From the human T2T-CHM13v2.0 reference genome, Homo sapiens, in NCBI RefSeq assembly GCF_009914755.1, contig NC_060928.1: 64,000 nucleotides of DNA, one strand, 5' to 3'. A program made the position numbers and the translations under genes. Below the pieces are notes generated by a model. The model had not been told where the DNA came from, did not search any database, and worked only from the letters and a program-made list of their open reading frames with translations. Positions 1-14,534 of the stretch are shown piece by piece. Positions within the stretch are counted from its first letter, which is position 1, and each line of letters begins with the position of its first letter.

Positions 1-600
1 TTTAAAAATCAATATCTTATAAAGAGAAAATTGCTTTTATATTTTACTCTACAGTGTTTTGCTACACATAGCATTATTGGTTTAAACAAAATGTTAACTG
101 TTTAAATCAAAAGCAAACCTTATACATGGCTATGTACGGAAGATTCAGTGGGCATAGGCTACTGTGTGGCGAAGGAAAACACATTACTAAACTAGTTTAT
201 CATCTACTGATTCTCCAAAATTCATTTAAAATCTGGATTAATTCTGCCAAGTCTGCTTATTGTGTTCTCCATGTGTCTTTGCATCTGTTTATTTTTTATG
301 ACACATGCTTTTAAGGGGTTGGTATTCAAAGACCTTAAACTTTCCAATCAGAAACTACTGATTCCATGATTTTATTAGAGGCTGAAAATATCCTTTGGAT
401 GCTCTTCTTTTTAGGAAGAATGTGGAGCCATTTCATAGTCAGTGTGCCCTCGTATATAACATGCTCACAGCAAAATGCTGAATCTCTGGAAGGGCCCATT
501 TATTCTTAAAAATACCAACAGATTAGGCGTTGGAATGGTATTGAAGGATATCATTCCAAGATATTCAGGAAAACATGCAGAATATAATAGAATTAGGTTA

Positions 601-955
<355 letters not shown>

Positions 956-1142
956 CTGACCAGAAGTGTCTTGTTTTCCTCGAACTGAACATATTTTAAT
1001 GTTTTAAGGTAAATATAATGCTTCTCGAATTAAAGCATGAAAGAACTGCTTGTTGTTCTTTCTGTGAAGCCATTTATAATTATTCTGCTAAATGGTGTAA
1101 TTTTGTAATTACATGTAAGTAGCGCTGGGTTTTTTTTTTTAA

Positions 1143-1690
<548 letters not shown>

Positions 1691-1716
1691 CAAGCACTAT
1701 TAAGAAAAGCTTTGGG

Positions 1717-2200
<484 letters not shown>

Positions 2201-3079
2201 GTCCCCTTTTCTCTCCTCTATTAAAAAATGAATGTGACTTGCTCTTTCAGGGTGGATAGGGAACAGCTGAGATATAACTGGAACAAACTAGATAGCTGAT
2301 AGGTGTCACTACTCTGGACAGAAGGTACTGGCCCACTGGAAAGGGCTTAAACTAAGCAGAAAATGTCTGCAGTGAAACACCAAAAAAATCACAGTCATTG
2401 AAAAAGTAGTAATGTTTAAAAACTTAGTGAATTTCAAAATAATATCAACATGAGATTTAAATATAGTAAAGCTGATAGCTAAGAACAGCTGAGGGGGAGG
2501 GAATGAAATGAGTGTTAACACAGTCAGGATATAAGGAAACATCTATGTTGATTTTTAATATTTAAAGGATTTTTTTTCTCTCTCTCTATTTACTACTTAA
2601 TAGGATGTAATTTATTTATGACTAAAAGGTGAATGTGTTATAATGCTTTTGGAGTCTAGTATTTGGCTGCTTGTTTTAAAATAAGTTTATATGATGGTTA
2701 TCTTGGGTATCTGGAATTTTTATGAGCTTTCTAGGCTCTTGTAGTAGGAAGCAGTATATGAATTAAAAATAAAGGCATGGTACAAATAAAAATTAAAAAG
2801 AAATATGGTCAAAAAGTAAAAATGAATTTTCTAACAGTAATGGTGATAATGTTATACTTTTCCATAATAATAATTCTATAATAGAATATTATGATTATCA
2901 TACTTTACAGGAGAGAAGGGATTAAGGATGTTGAAAACATGAGTAAGTAGCTGTGTGTAAAATGTGCAGAAGTTTGTCTCATAGGATGTTGTAGAAATAG
3001 GAGCGACTATAAGAGACATTTGTAATATAATAGACAACAAATGAACTTGGAAACTCTAGACCATTTTTCAAATTCTAAC

Positions 3080-3895
3080 TAAGTAGGAAAAGGACTTGAA
3101 AAAACATCTCTTCAAGGGGACATATAAATGGTCAACTTGTATATGAAATGATGTTCAACATCGCTAATCACTGGGGAGATGCAAGTCAAAACCAAAATTA
3201 GATACTAGTTCATACCTATTAAAATGGCTATCATCAAAAAACAAAAAGTGTCAATGAAAGTTTGGAAAAATTAGAAAGCTTGTAGACTCTTGGTGGGAAT
3301 GTAAAATGATGCAACTGCTATGTAAAACAATGTTAAAATATAATTTCCATATAATCTAGCAATCCCATTTTTGGATATTTATCCAAAGGAATTGAAATCG
3401 GAATCTTGAAGAGATACTTACACTCTGATAGTCGTTGTAGAATTATTCACAATAGTCAAAATCTGGAAACAACTTAAATGTCCACTGATGGATGAAAGGA
3501 AAAAGAACATGTGGAATATACATACAGTGAAATATTATTCAGTCTTAAAAAGGAGAACCCTGCTGTATGAGAGAACATGAATGAACTTTGAGGATATTAT
3601 GCTAAGGTAAATAAGCCAATCAAAGAAGGACAAATACTGCATGATTCTACTTATATGAAATATCTAAAATAGTCAGACTTTTAGAAGCTGAGAGTAGAAA
3701 GGGATGGTTGTGGGCTGGCAGGGAAGGAAAATGGGAAGTTGCTGTTCAAAGGATATAAAGTTACAGTTACGCAAGATGAAAAAGTTCTAGGTAACTTTTG
3801 TACAGCTTGTTTCTATAGTAAACAATACTCTATTATACACTTCAAAATTTAAGAGGGTACATTTCATGTGAAGTGTTCTTGCCACAATTAAAAAC
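3080..3895 (+). mobile_element. L1MB-type 3' end (ORF2 C-terminus and 3'UTR)
   Basis: gatgttcaacatcgctaatcactggggagatgcaagtcaaaacc; gaggatattatgctaaggtaaataagccaatcaaagaaggacaaatactgcatgattc; ends ccacaattaaaaa. Confidence 0.88.
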
Positions 3896-3902
3896 ACTTT
3901 AT

Positions 3903-4226
3903 GGCCGGGCGCGGTGGCTCATACCTGTAATCTTAGCATTTTGGGAGGCCAAGGCGGGCAGACTGCCTGAGCTCTGGAGTTTGAAACCAGCCTGGGCAAC
4001 AGGGTGAAACACCGTCTCAACTAAAATACAAAAGAAATTAGCCGGGGCCTGGCGGCTTGCCCCTGTAGTCCCAGCTACTTGGGAGGCTGAGGCAGGAGAA
4101 TTGCTTGAACCCAGGAGGCGGAGGTTGCAGTGAGTGAGCTGAGATTGTGCCACTGAACTCCAGCCTGGGCTACAGAGCAAGACTCTGTCTCTACAAAAAC
4201 AAACAAACAAAATAAAACAAAAAAAA
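3903..4226 (+). mobile_element. Alu, AluS-like
   Basis: Starts ggccgggcgcggtggctcatacctgtaatc; two arms; (AAAC)-rich tail. Confidence 0.95.
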
Positions 4227-4229
4227 CCA

Positions 4230-4320
4230 CTATATATATATACACACACACACACACACATAAATATATATATGTGTGTGTGTATATATATACACACACG
4301 TACACATATACTATATATAT
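4230..4320. repeat. Compound (TA)n/(CA)n/(TG)n microsatellite
   Basis: Directly visible: tatatatatatacacacacaca..tatatatatgtgtgtgtgtatatatatacacacac. Confidence 0.95.
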
Positions 4321-4419
4321 TTGAATTGGTCTGAACCAGTTTAAGTGTTTCAGGAATTTTATTACTGTTTCTACATAAATTTGTAGAAATTATAATGCAT
4401 TTATATATTTGCTTAAACT

Positions 4420-4932
4420 TTAAAAAAATTATAGCAATAATATGAGTTCGATGTAGAAAATTTGGAAACTATGTAAGAGCATATGTAAAGAAGAAAATAA
4501 AAATCACTGATAATTCTACATTAAAGATGTAGCCAGTGCTGGCATTTTGGTGCTTTCAATCTTGATTTGTATTTGGGTATGCATGAACAAAAGTGGAATC
4601 ATATTGTGTACATTTAACATTATAATCTTCTTCTCATTATGATTGTATCATGAACAATTCCCATGTTATTAAATGTCATTTGAAAGCATTTTTAGTGGTT
4701 GTATAATAATTTGCTGTATGTACAAACCACAATGTATTAGACAATTTCCCATTTATTGGATATTTGGTTATTTTCTCTCCCCCAACCCATTATAAATATC
4801 TGTAATGGCAGTCCTTAAGCAAATTTGTTTCTGCTCATTAAAAATTTCCATAAGTAAAACTGTTGAGTCAAAAGGTATAAAAAAGTAAAGATTCTTAATA
4901 AAAATTATAAAATTGCTTTCCAAAAAATTGTC
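4420..4932 (-). mobile_element. Ancient L1ME-type 3' end
   Basis: gaaaatttggaaac..aagaagaaaataaaaatcactgataattc..gttgagtcaaaaggtata..aaattgctttccaaaaaattgt matches antisense L1ME 3' sequence. Confidence 0.65.
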
Positions 4933-4952
4933 TTGACTCTATTATTTACTCT

Positions 4953-4999
4953 CATTACTTTTAATGACAAAAACCTCAGTTGCTTTTGCACCAACCTAA
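4953..4999. mobile_element. MADE1 (Hsmar1-derived MITE), one half only
   Basis: cattacttttaatgacaaaaacctcagttgcttttgcaccaacctaa matches the centre and one TIR of MADE1 (ccattacttttaatggcaaaaaccgcaattacttttgcaccaacctaa). Confidence 0.85.
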
Positions 5000-5667
5000 C
5001 ACATACTTATGTAATTTCTCAGCTCTTAGAGTTTCTCCAACTACGAGAAACAGCACAAAAATACATATTTTATTTTATGACTTCCATATTCAATGGTGTC
5101 ACTGGTATCACACTTCATTCTGATCTTAAACAACTATAAAACTGGACATTACAACTGTTCGCACATATTGAACAACCAGAGATATGGGATTGTGATCTCG
5201 GAGAGAAGAAAAACACATGAATTCCACCCCTGGATTGTTCTGGGTGCGCTATCTGGATGTGAGTGCAGAATGGAGAAGCTGAAGCAAAAGGCAGGAGTAC
5301 AGTTGTGTCGAGAAAGCAGAATTCTGAGTTTGGGCTGCTTTACTATCTGGAATTTGCAGGGCATAGTTCTAGAGAGGAGGCAGCAGCAAAGACGGCGATG
5401 TGAGAAGCCTGAGTTGTGGTTCCCCACATGATCCGTAGTCCTTGGCTAACAGCTAGACTACACGTGCATGGGGCAAAACATACGAGGCCCAGTGAAGAGA
5501 CGCTACTGCAGGACTGGGAGATGGATGGGAGTGTCAGAGGTCATGCAGTGCTAGCAGAAGGTGGAATTCTGGCCCAGCAAAAGTGGGAGAAATAACTAAA
5601 AACTTTGGGTGTTCGCTGAGAACCACAATTATAGAAATTGACTTTTGGTATAGAGTCCTGTGATTTT

Positions 5668-5942
5668 ATTTATTTATTTATTTATTTTTGAGATAGAGTT
5701 TGGCTCTCGTTGCCCAGACTGGAGTACAGTGGCACAATCTCAGATAACTACAACATCTGCCTCCTGGGTTCGAGCGATTCCCCTGCCTCAGTCTCCTGAG
5801 TAGCTGGGATTACAGGCAGACGCCACCACGCCTGGTTAATTTTTGTATTTTTAGTAAAGGCGGTGTTTCATCATGTTGGTCAGGCTGGTCTCAAACTCCT
5901 GACCTCAGGTGATCTGGCTGCCTCGGCCTCCCAAAGTGCTGG
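5668..5942 (-). mobile_element. Alu, AluS-like, slightly 5'-truncated, inserted in the tail of the adjacent AluJ
   Basis: (TTTA)n tail at 5668-5690; ctcctgacctcaggtgatc; ends at cccaaagtgctgg. Confidence 0.93.
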
Positions 5943-5944
5943 CG

Positions 5945-6261
5945 ATTTTTTTTTTTATTTATTTTTCTTTTAGAGATGACATCATGCTCTGTCACCTAGG
6001 CTGGAGTTCAGTGGTGTCATCATAGCTCACTGCAGCCTTGAACTCCTGGGTTCAAGTGATCCTGCCACCTCAGCCTCCTAAGTGGCTAGGACTACAAGTG
6101 TGTGCCACCATGCCCAGATAAGTTTTAATATGTTTTTTTAGAGATGGGGTCTTCTATGTAATAAAATGTCCATGCTGGTCACAAACTGCTGGCCTCAGGC
6201 GATCTTCCTACCTCAGCCTCCCAAGTAGATAGGATTACAGGGATGAGCTACCTCATCTGGC
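5945..6261 (-). mobile_element. Alu, AluJ-like
   Basis: J-type catagctcactgcagccttgaactcctggg; TSD tagagtcctgtgatttt at 5651-5667 and 6262-6278 encloses both Alus. Confidence 0.92.
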
Positions 6262-6279
6262 TAGAGTCCTGTGATTTTT

Positions 6280-6490
6280 AACACACATGAATATATATGA
6301 TCTGCCACCACAATTGGAATACAGAAAATTATATAATAATTTATAACATTATATACTCATGATTATATAATAATGAAACAGATAAAACACATATGAAGAT
6401 ATGATTCATCCACACAATTGGAATACAGAAAATTATATAGTTATTTATAATATTATATATTCATGATTATATAACAAAACAGAAAAAATC
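6280..6490. repeat. Diverged tandem duplication, period about 104 bp
   Basis: cacaattggaatacagaaaattatata..tttataa.attatata.tcatgattatataa begins at both 6309 and 6413. Confidence 0.9.
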
Positions 6491-6819
6491 AAACAAAAAT
6501 AGCGTGTATATATTCCAATACTTAAAGGAAAAAATGTGCATAACAAAAAAGCAAATATGAATTCTCAGTGGTGAAATAAAATTTTGAAAAAATAAATGAA
6601 GATTTTTAGTATAATATTGAAGATTAAAAAATAGTGAATGGTCTTTATAGCAGATTTAATACTGCAAGAAAAAGGGTTGGCATTCTTGAAGTTAAATTAA
6701 TATTAATTATCCAAATGGAAAAAATGGGAGAAATATTTAAAAAGTATGCCAAGCCTCAGCTTCCTGTGGAACCATATCAGGCAATGTAACATACATATAT
6801 TAGAGTCCTAGAAAAGGGA

Positions 6820-6858
6820 GAGAGGGAGAGAGAGAGAGAGAGAGAGAGAGCAAGAGAG
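6820..6858. repeat. (GA)n microsatellite
   Basis: Directly visible gagagagag run. Confidence 0.95.
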
Positions 6859-7697
6859 CATGATAAAAAATGTTTAAAGAAAAAATGGCCAAAAATTTCC
6901 TAAATTTGGTAAAAACAGTCAAATTATAGTTTAAAAAAAATCAGCGAAGGCTAAACAGGATAAATAAAAATAAAACCAACATAGGGTGAAACTGCTAAAA
7001 ACCAATGATAAAGAAAATATTTTGTTATCAGCTCCTGCAAAAAGAAGAATACAAGAATTACAAATTTCATCTCATCAGAAGTGGTGGAAGTCAGAAGTCA
7101 GTGGGATTACATATTTGACATGGTAAAAGAAAAAAATATTCTAAATTGAAAGTGAATAAACATATTTTTACATACACAAAAGCTGAGATTTTGCCAATCT
7201 GAGTTATAAGAATTCATTAATTAAGTTTTTATGCTAAAAATCAGATGGAAACATGATAGAATAAAAAGAAATAAAGAAATAATATTTGTGTAAGTTAACA
7301 ACAATAATTTTTCTCTTAGTTTCTTTAAAAGGCAAATAATTGCTTAATACAAGATAAATGGTTGTGAGGACTTTATAGCATGAACAGCAGTAAAATGTAG
7401 CACAATATAAACAATAGCAAAAGGAGGCAGAAGTCAAAAATTATACCATTCTTATACATTTTTCATGACCTGACCTGGTACATTAACTCTTAAGTAGATT
7501 GTCATAGTTAAGAATGTATATTACAATATAAAAGCAATCAATAAAATTATACAAAGAATAATAGCTAACAACAATCAATAAAATTAAAAAAGAATGCTAA
7601 AATGAAGGTAGGAAAGGAAAAGCAGAGAAACAAAAATAGATGAAATAAATAGGCAAATACTAGCTAAATGGTGTATTTAAACGCACTGTACTGACAG

Positions 7698-8497
<800 letters not shown>

Positions 8498-9664
8498 ATA
8501 GTCATGTTAATGTAATGCTAAATAAAGGGTAGGAAATTTTAGATTGCATCTAAAGGCAACTTCTTCTGTTTTTAAGAAAGATGTACTTTATATATAAAGA
8601 CACAAATAGTATAAAACATTTGCAAAAAAGGGTATGTTCTATAAACAGTAACCTAAAAAATGTTTAACATCAAAGTGTACTTCAAGACAAGAAACATTAC
8701 CCAGAGACAAGGATATTTAATAATGAAACAAGTGGCAATTCATCAGCCATACATGACACTCCTAAATGCATGTGCCTGTAGTAACAGAGCTTTCAAATCC
8801 ATGTAGCAATGACTGATAGAACTAAAAGAACTATGAGAATCCATAATCATTGCTGAATATTCTTAGATACCTCTCTCAGTAATTTATATAAAAGTAGAAT
8901 AAGGAATAGAGAAGATAATATGAATTATATCAACCAACTTTACCCAACTGATATTTCTTGAATCTTATACCTCAAAACTATAAAACACACATTTTTCAAA
9001 TGTACATGGGATGTTCACCAAGACAAGTATACCCTGAGCCTTAAAATTACTCTCTTATAGTGAGTCTTAGTATAAATAAATGTAAAATATTTAAATCTTA
9101 CAGATTAAGTGAGATTTAAGTTAAATAAGGGGCATAAATTAGAAATAAATAGCAATGAGATATCTAAAAAATCACCAAGTATTTATAAATTAACAGCACA
9201 CATACAGACACTAGTGAAACAAAGAAAACTTAGGATAAGAAACAGAAAATATTTGGAACTAACAGTAATGAGAACACAACATATCAAAACTTTGGGGTTG
9301 CCACTATAGCATGGCATGGAGATGGATACATAGACTTAAATTCTCCATTAGAAAATAATATAGGTTTAAAACTAAGAATCTAAGTTCAACTTAATGGACT
9401 AGGAAAAAAAGAGCAAATTAAGCCCAAAGTAAGCTGAAGGAAGGAAATAATATAAATAGGAGCATAAATCTATAATATAAAAATACACAGATCAATAGAG
9501 AAAATTAACATGGCTAAGAGAAGATTCTTTGAAAAAATTAGTAAAATTAATAAATACCTAGCAAAACTGAACACGAAAGAGGGAGAGGAAACAAATCATC
9601 AGTTAAAAAATAAAACATTGGCTCTCATTTCATCATCTACAGATATAAAAATGAAACTACATTT

Positions 9665-10650
9665 TGACCAAAATAACTAAAATAGAGTTCCAGAGAACAG
9701 CAAAGAAGCAGTAGAAATCCGGTAGAACACAGAGACCAAGGATGGTCACACAGAGAAGAGAAGGGAACACCTTGCCCGTAACACTCCATCCACCTAGTCA
9801 GCTCAAAACCAGGAGGGAATTATTTCTGCAGGGAAAAGGCCAAATAGGCACAGTGCCCCACCTACCTGGACTGGACAAGCCCCATGCAATCTGAGCTGCC
9901 ATCATTGTTGCACTGCTCTCCACCCCCTGGGACTGAAGGCACAGTGGCATCTTGCCATTCCTGGCTCCTTGCTGCCGCTGCACCAGGCCTTAAAGAGTCT
10001 GGGTTGTTGCTGCGTCCCTCCCATCCCATTGTCCAGAGTCACCACTGCATGGTACTTCATTCCTTGAAGCTCCAGCTGCCGCTATACCTTGTTGGTTCCA
10101 CTTCCAAACTTGCAGCTGTGTCCTTCTCCCCGGGGCCCAAGCTTCTGTTGCATCCCATTGATTTCCAGAGCCATGCCAGTTTTGCATCTTGCCCCTAGAG
10201 TCAGAACCACAGACACTTCTCAGCCCTCTGGGCCTGAGCCGCTCAGATGTGCCTCAGAGTGGTAGACCCCAGCTTATTGAAAAAACTGCATCCAATGCAA
10301 CTGTGTCTTGGAAACTGAACCTGCCCCTCAAGTCCCAGATGCTACAGTAGTTTCAAAAGACTCTGAGACAAGAAACCCAGCTCCACAGCTGCTCCAAGCA
10401 ACTGTGACCTGGTTCCTGATGCTGCTGCTGTTGCCTGAGCGTGGTGTCAGACCTGACATCAAAAGAGACTCCTTCAGCTGAATCTCCCACTGAGAGAAAG
10501 AGAAGAAAAGAAAGATTCCTAAAGCCTTTGTCCTAATAACCTACACAGCCACCATCAAGGCCAAATTCCTCCAGCCTAGACCACTGAGGCAGCTGTAGTA
10601 ATTGCTGACATTTATCACAACTGAAGAAGCTGCGTGGTGCTACACTAGTA
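9665..10650 (+). mobile_element. Probable 5'UTR of an old L1 (L1M2/L1MA-like)
   Basis: Opens aaaataactaaaatagagttccagagaacagcaaagaagcag, then a C-rich body with degenerate internal repeats typical of old L1 5'UTRs. No ORF1 follows. Confidence 0.55.
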
Positions 10651-10795
10651 CTCATTTTTCACTAATGTACTAAGATAAAAGAGCAAAACAAAACTGTAAA
10701 CTGCTTTTATTTTTACTTCTTATTTTTTTAATTTATTATTATTTTTATTTTTACTTCTTAGCTGCACTGTTTTGTTTCTAGTAGGGCTTTGCTAT

Positions 10796-10830
10796 GTCTT
10801 ATTAATCTCAGTGTCTGAGATTAATAAGAC
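10796..10830. repeat. Perfect inverted repeat, 16-bp arms, 3-nt loop
   Basis: gtcttattaatctcag-tgt-ctgagattaataagac. Confidence 0.97.
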
Positions 10831-11359
10831 GTATTGTCTTAATATGTCTTAATATGACATAAAAAGACATATTGTCATTTCTCTGAAAAATTTGTTTTGC
10901 ATTTCTCCAAGCATACTTGTTGCCAGGTGTTTTTGGGAAGCAATGGGAAATACTATGCTATAATTAGTAGCCATTTTAAATTCTTTTTTTTTTTTTTTTG
11001 CCAGAAAATAGTGTTTACTAATAGAACTCAGAGGAAAAATTGTATCTTTGCTCAATGTATCTTTCTGACAAAAGAAACCCCTGTTGTCCCAGAATTCAGA
11101 TCTCTTAAGACACAAGTCTTCTAAAACTAGCTTTCCTCCAAACTTTCTGCCTTGGTATTATTGTTCTTATTAAAATCAGTGTATGCTGTTATATTCCTGG
11201 TGTCTGAAATAGAAGTATTGATGGTGTATGCAAAAATTAGATTATTTTATTTTATTCTGAATTGAACTTTTGTTTCTAGGCCCTTGGGAAAACTACTGAT
11301 TTGTGAATTGATCCCTAATTAGTCTTCTTAGGTCAGTAGTTTCATTTTTTTCCCTGTTA

Positions 11360-12830
11360 AATATAAAAGAGTTCAAACAAATGGAAAGATACACCATGTT
11401 TGTGGAAAAGTAGATGGCATCAGAAAGAGGTCAATTAACCCACACTGTTTTTGTTTTTTTTTTGGTAAATTGAACATGATTTTAATAAACTCACCAGTAG
11501 GATGTTTTATTTCTTGAGCTATAAACGTTAATTATGAAGTCCATTTGGGAAAATATGCAAAGAAGGAGCTGGTGGGGGTGGTGTCTAAAATAGGAAAATG
11601 AGGTGGGGGATTAGCCCTACCAGATATTCAAATATTTTATAGAGGTTACATAAGTAGAAGAATGTTATATTTGGATGTGAGTAGACAGAAAGCACAATGG
11701 AATTCACTAGAATTTAGAAAGAGATTCAAGTATATTTAAAAATTACTACTTGATACAGGTAGCATCTCAAATTCAGAGAAAGGCAGATTTTTTGTTTTTT
11801 TTTTTAGTAAATGGTGCTGGGAAAATAGGATTACCATTTGAAAAATTAAACCTAGATTTATACTTCACACGGTGCGCACTAGAATAAATATCAAATGAAT
11901 CAAATGTATAAATTAAAAAACATGAAACCATGTAAGTTTTAGAAAATATTATTGGTCAATTCATAACCTGGGATTGGGAAAAATCTCCCCAACTATTTTC
12001 CAAATTCTGGGGCAATAAGAACGATAAGAAATTCATTTACTTAAACAACAATGACAACACCACTACATCTTTTCATGGTTTAAGAAAAAGAACAGGAGTA
12101 AAGTCAACTGACATAACATAAAATGGAAAAATAATATTTGTGACTTACCATAGGCCAAGAACTAATATTTCAAACATAAAGAATTCCTAAGTATGAAAAT
12201 GAAAAACTCCAACAAAGTGAATGGGATAAGTAGGAAAAAGTAATCAAGGATTTTACATGTAAAAGAAATTCAAATGACTCTTAGTTACACATAAATTACT
12301 CATCCTGATTCATAAAAAGAAAAAGGCAAATTAATCTCCATTGAGACATAATTTCTCAATTATTAGGTTGTCAAAAATTCAAAAGTTTAATAAATACTCT
12401 GTTGGCAAGACTATGTGGAATCAAAAAGGTGGGAATGAAAAAAAAATGATATACCAACTATGGAGAGGAATTTGGGAATATCTGGTTAAATTACTTATCC
12501 TTGGCCCAGGAATTCTACTTCAAGGAAACTATCTCAAAGATGCACTCAAAAAAATATTAAATAACTTCACAAAGTTATACATTAAGACATCTTACTAGTG
12601 AAAAGACTAGAAGTGATCTAAATCTTTATTAAAAGAAAATCACTGGATCACCACACAGTGAAATATGCAGTTGCAAAAGGAAAGGGTTAGAACTTATTCT
12701 TTGATATGGAAATCATTAGACTTTGACACTTTGGTCTGGCACAATCTCTAGGATACATTGTTAAATGAAAAAAAGGAAACTAGAGAAAGTATAAATAGTA
12801 TGTTTTTTGTTTGTTTGTTTTTTAAAAGCC
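11360..12830 (+). mobile_element. Ancient L1 (L1MC5/L1ME-like) ORF2 C-terminal half and 3'UTR
   Basis: aacaaatggaaagatacaccatgt; attagccctaccagatattcaaatatttta; tagtaaatggtgctgggaaaa; cccaggaattctacttcaaggaaactatc. Confidence 0.8.
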
Positions 12831-13699
12831 AGTGAATATATGTTTACATTTGCAGATAGAAACAATTTGAATCACCCAAATTTGGCTATCAACACCATTC
12901 TGGAAGACAAATATCATGCAATCTCAGCCCCTCCCAAAATACTCCATTGGCCAGAGGGATTGATCTCCTCGTTAAATTGTCTTTGGAATCTGGGCCCACT
13001 CATGGCATCCCAGGACGTCCCCAGAGGCATGAGTCCTGGAGTAATTTGGGGCATATGATCAATCCCACATGGGTGTAGAGAGTGACAGAACATCTAAAAG
13101 GTGAGCAATGGGGATCATGGTACTGCTGGGACCCAGTCCCAGTTAACAGGGGAATCAGGAAATCTCAAGGAAGACATTTCAAAGTACAGTGCCCCATGAA
13201 AAAATGATATATGTATTAGGTTATAATATATAATGTAAATGTTATAGTTAAAAACATGAAAGATCATAGCATCAAATATGCTTGAAATCACCTCCAAGCC
13301 CTATGAAGAACCGCACTAATGGAGACTCCTATACATCTTGTTCATCTTACCTGAGCTCTATCACAAGGGCTAGAGAATTCCTTTCATTCTTAGATATCAA
13401 TAACTCCAAACCAATAAACCTGAACTGCAAAGGGTTGTGTCTCTTTCCCTGCTCCAAATTAACTTTCCTGACCAGCCTTTATAAAACAACATTCTCCCCA
13501 ACCCTGACCCACTGACTTTCCTTATTCCACCAAACTTAGTACTTGTTATCCCTTTTCAAATTGTGAAATATAATGCACAATGAATCTGGGTAAAATATAC
13601 GTATAATACGATAAATTATTATAAAGCAAAGACTTACGTAATCACCCCAGAAACTTCAGTTTCATTCTAGCCCTTATTACCATGTAACTTCAGTATTTT

Positions 13700-13840
13700 C
13701 TTTACATTCAGTCTCTTTCCTCAACTCTTATTGTAAAAAGCCATGAGAACAGCACTTTCTGTTCTAATCATTCCTATATCCCCAACATAGAGAATAGAAT
13801 TAGGCGGGCACTCAATTTTTCTGTGGAATAAATCAATGAC
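13700..13840 (+). mobile_element. L2 3' end
   Basis: ttgtaaaaagccatgagaacagcactttctg..ctatatccccaaca..ggcactcaatttttctgtggaataaatcaatg. Confidence 0.6.
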
Positions 13841-13990
13841 TATATGTTACTATTTTTCCAATGAATGCTATTTTTTGGTCATAAATATAATACAGATACA
13901 TTACAGTAGCTTTTACTTAACTTTGCAGTTTTCACTCAGCTTTCACGAAAAGCATAGCTGTTAGAGTATAGCAGCTAATGTGGGGGGTTC

Positions 13991-14534
13991 TGTATTAGCT
14001 AGAGCTCAACCAAAGAGGCAGAACTAGAAGAACATTTGATAGACTGAGAAAGAGAAGGAGACAGAGAAAGAAAAGCAGGAAGAAGGAGAAGAAGAGGAGG
14101 AGGAGAAGGAGAAAATATATAGAGATTTTATTACAAGGAATCGAAGTTTGTAGGACAGGCAGAAGGGAGCCTATGTGGCTGAGTTGAAGCTGTTTTCTGG
14201 CCACAGGCGTTCAGAAAAGAAGATGCAGAGAAGAGAGAGCAATTATAGTCTCAGCTGCTATTTGAAGTTTCATTTGCCAGGAAAAAAGCAGTCCTTTTAA
14301 AAGGCTTGCCTGATTAGGTCAGGCTCCTCAAGGATGTTCTTCTTAGCTTAAGAAGTCAACTGAATAGGGACTTCAGTTACATCTGCAAAGGTCCCCTTAC
14401 AGCAGCAACTAGATTAGTACTTGATTGAGTAACTGAAAGGCGGTGTGCAAATGTGGCAAAATGCCTGCTGGTTGTTCATTCCATCTTCATAGTTTTGCTA
14501 GTGTAGCTGAGTTGACATATTACAAGCCATTACA
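13991..14534 (-). mobile_element. ERVL solo LTR, MLT2E/F-like, with an internal purine-rich tract
   Basis: tgtattag start; cctgattaggtcaggct; aagtcaactgaatagggacttcagttacatctgcaaa; ends gttgacata..ccattaca. Confidence 0.8.

Noticed and set aside
9056-9066. tatagtgagtc, matching part of the reverse T7 promoter
   Set aside because: Only 11 nt match, the flanks differ, it lies within old L1 sequence and there is no other vector sequence.
9798-10198. GC-richer ORF cluster suggesting an exon or promoter; likewise 5093-5431 and 60609-61403
   Set aside because: CpG-poor and embedded in old L1 5'UTR-like sequence; the peptides are unrecognisable.
13001-13015. 15-mer catggcatcccagga shared with the ERVL region near 49114
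   Set aside because: The similarity does not extend, and a few 15-mer matches are expected by chance in a window this size.
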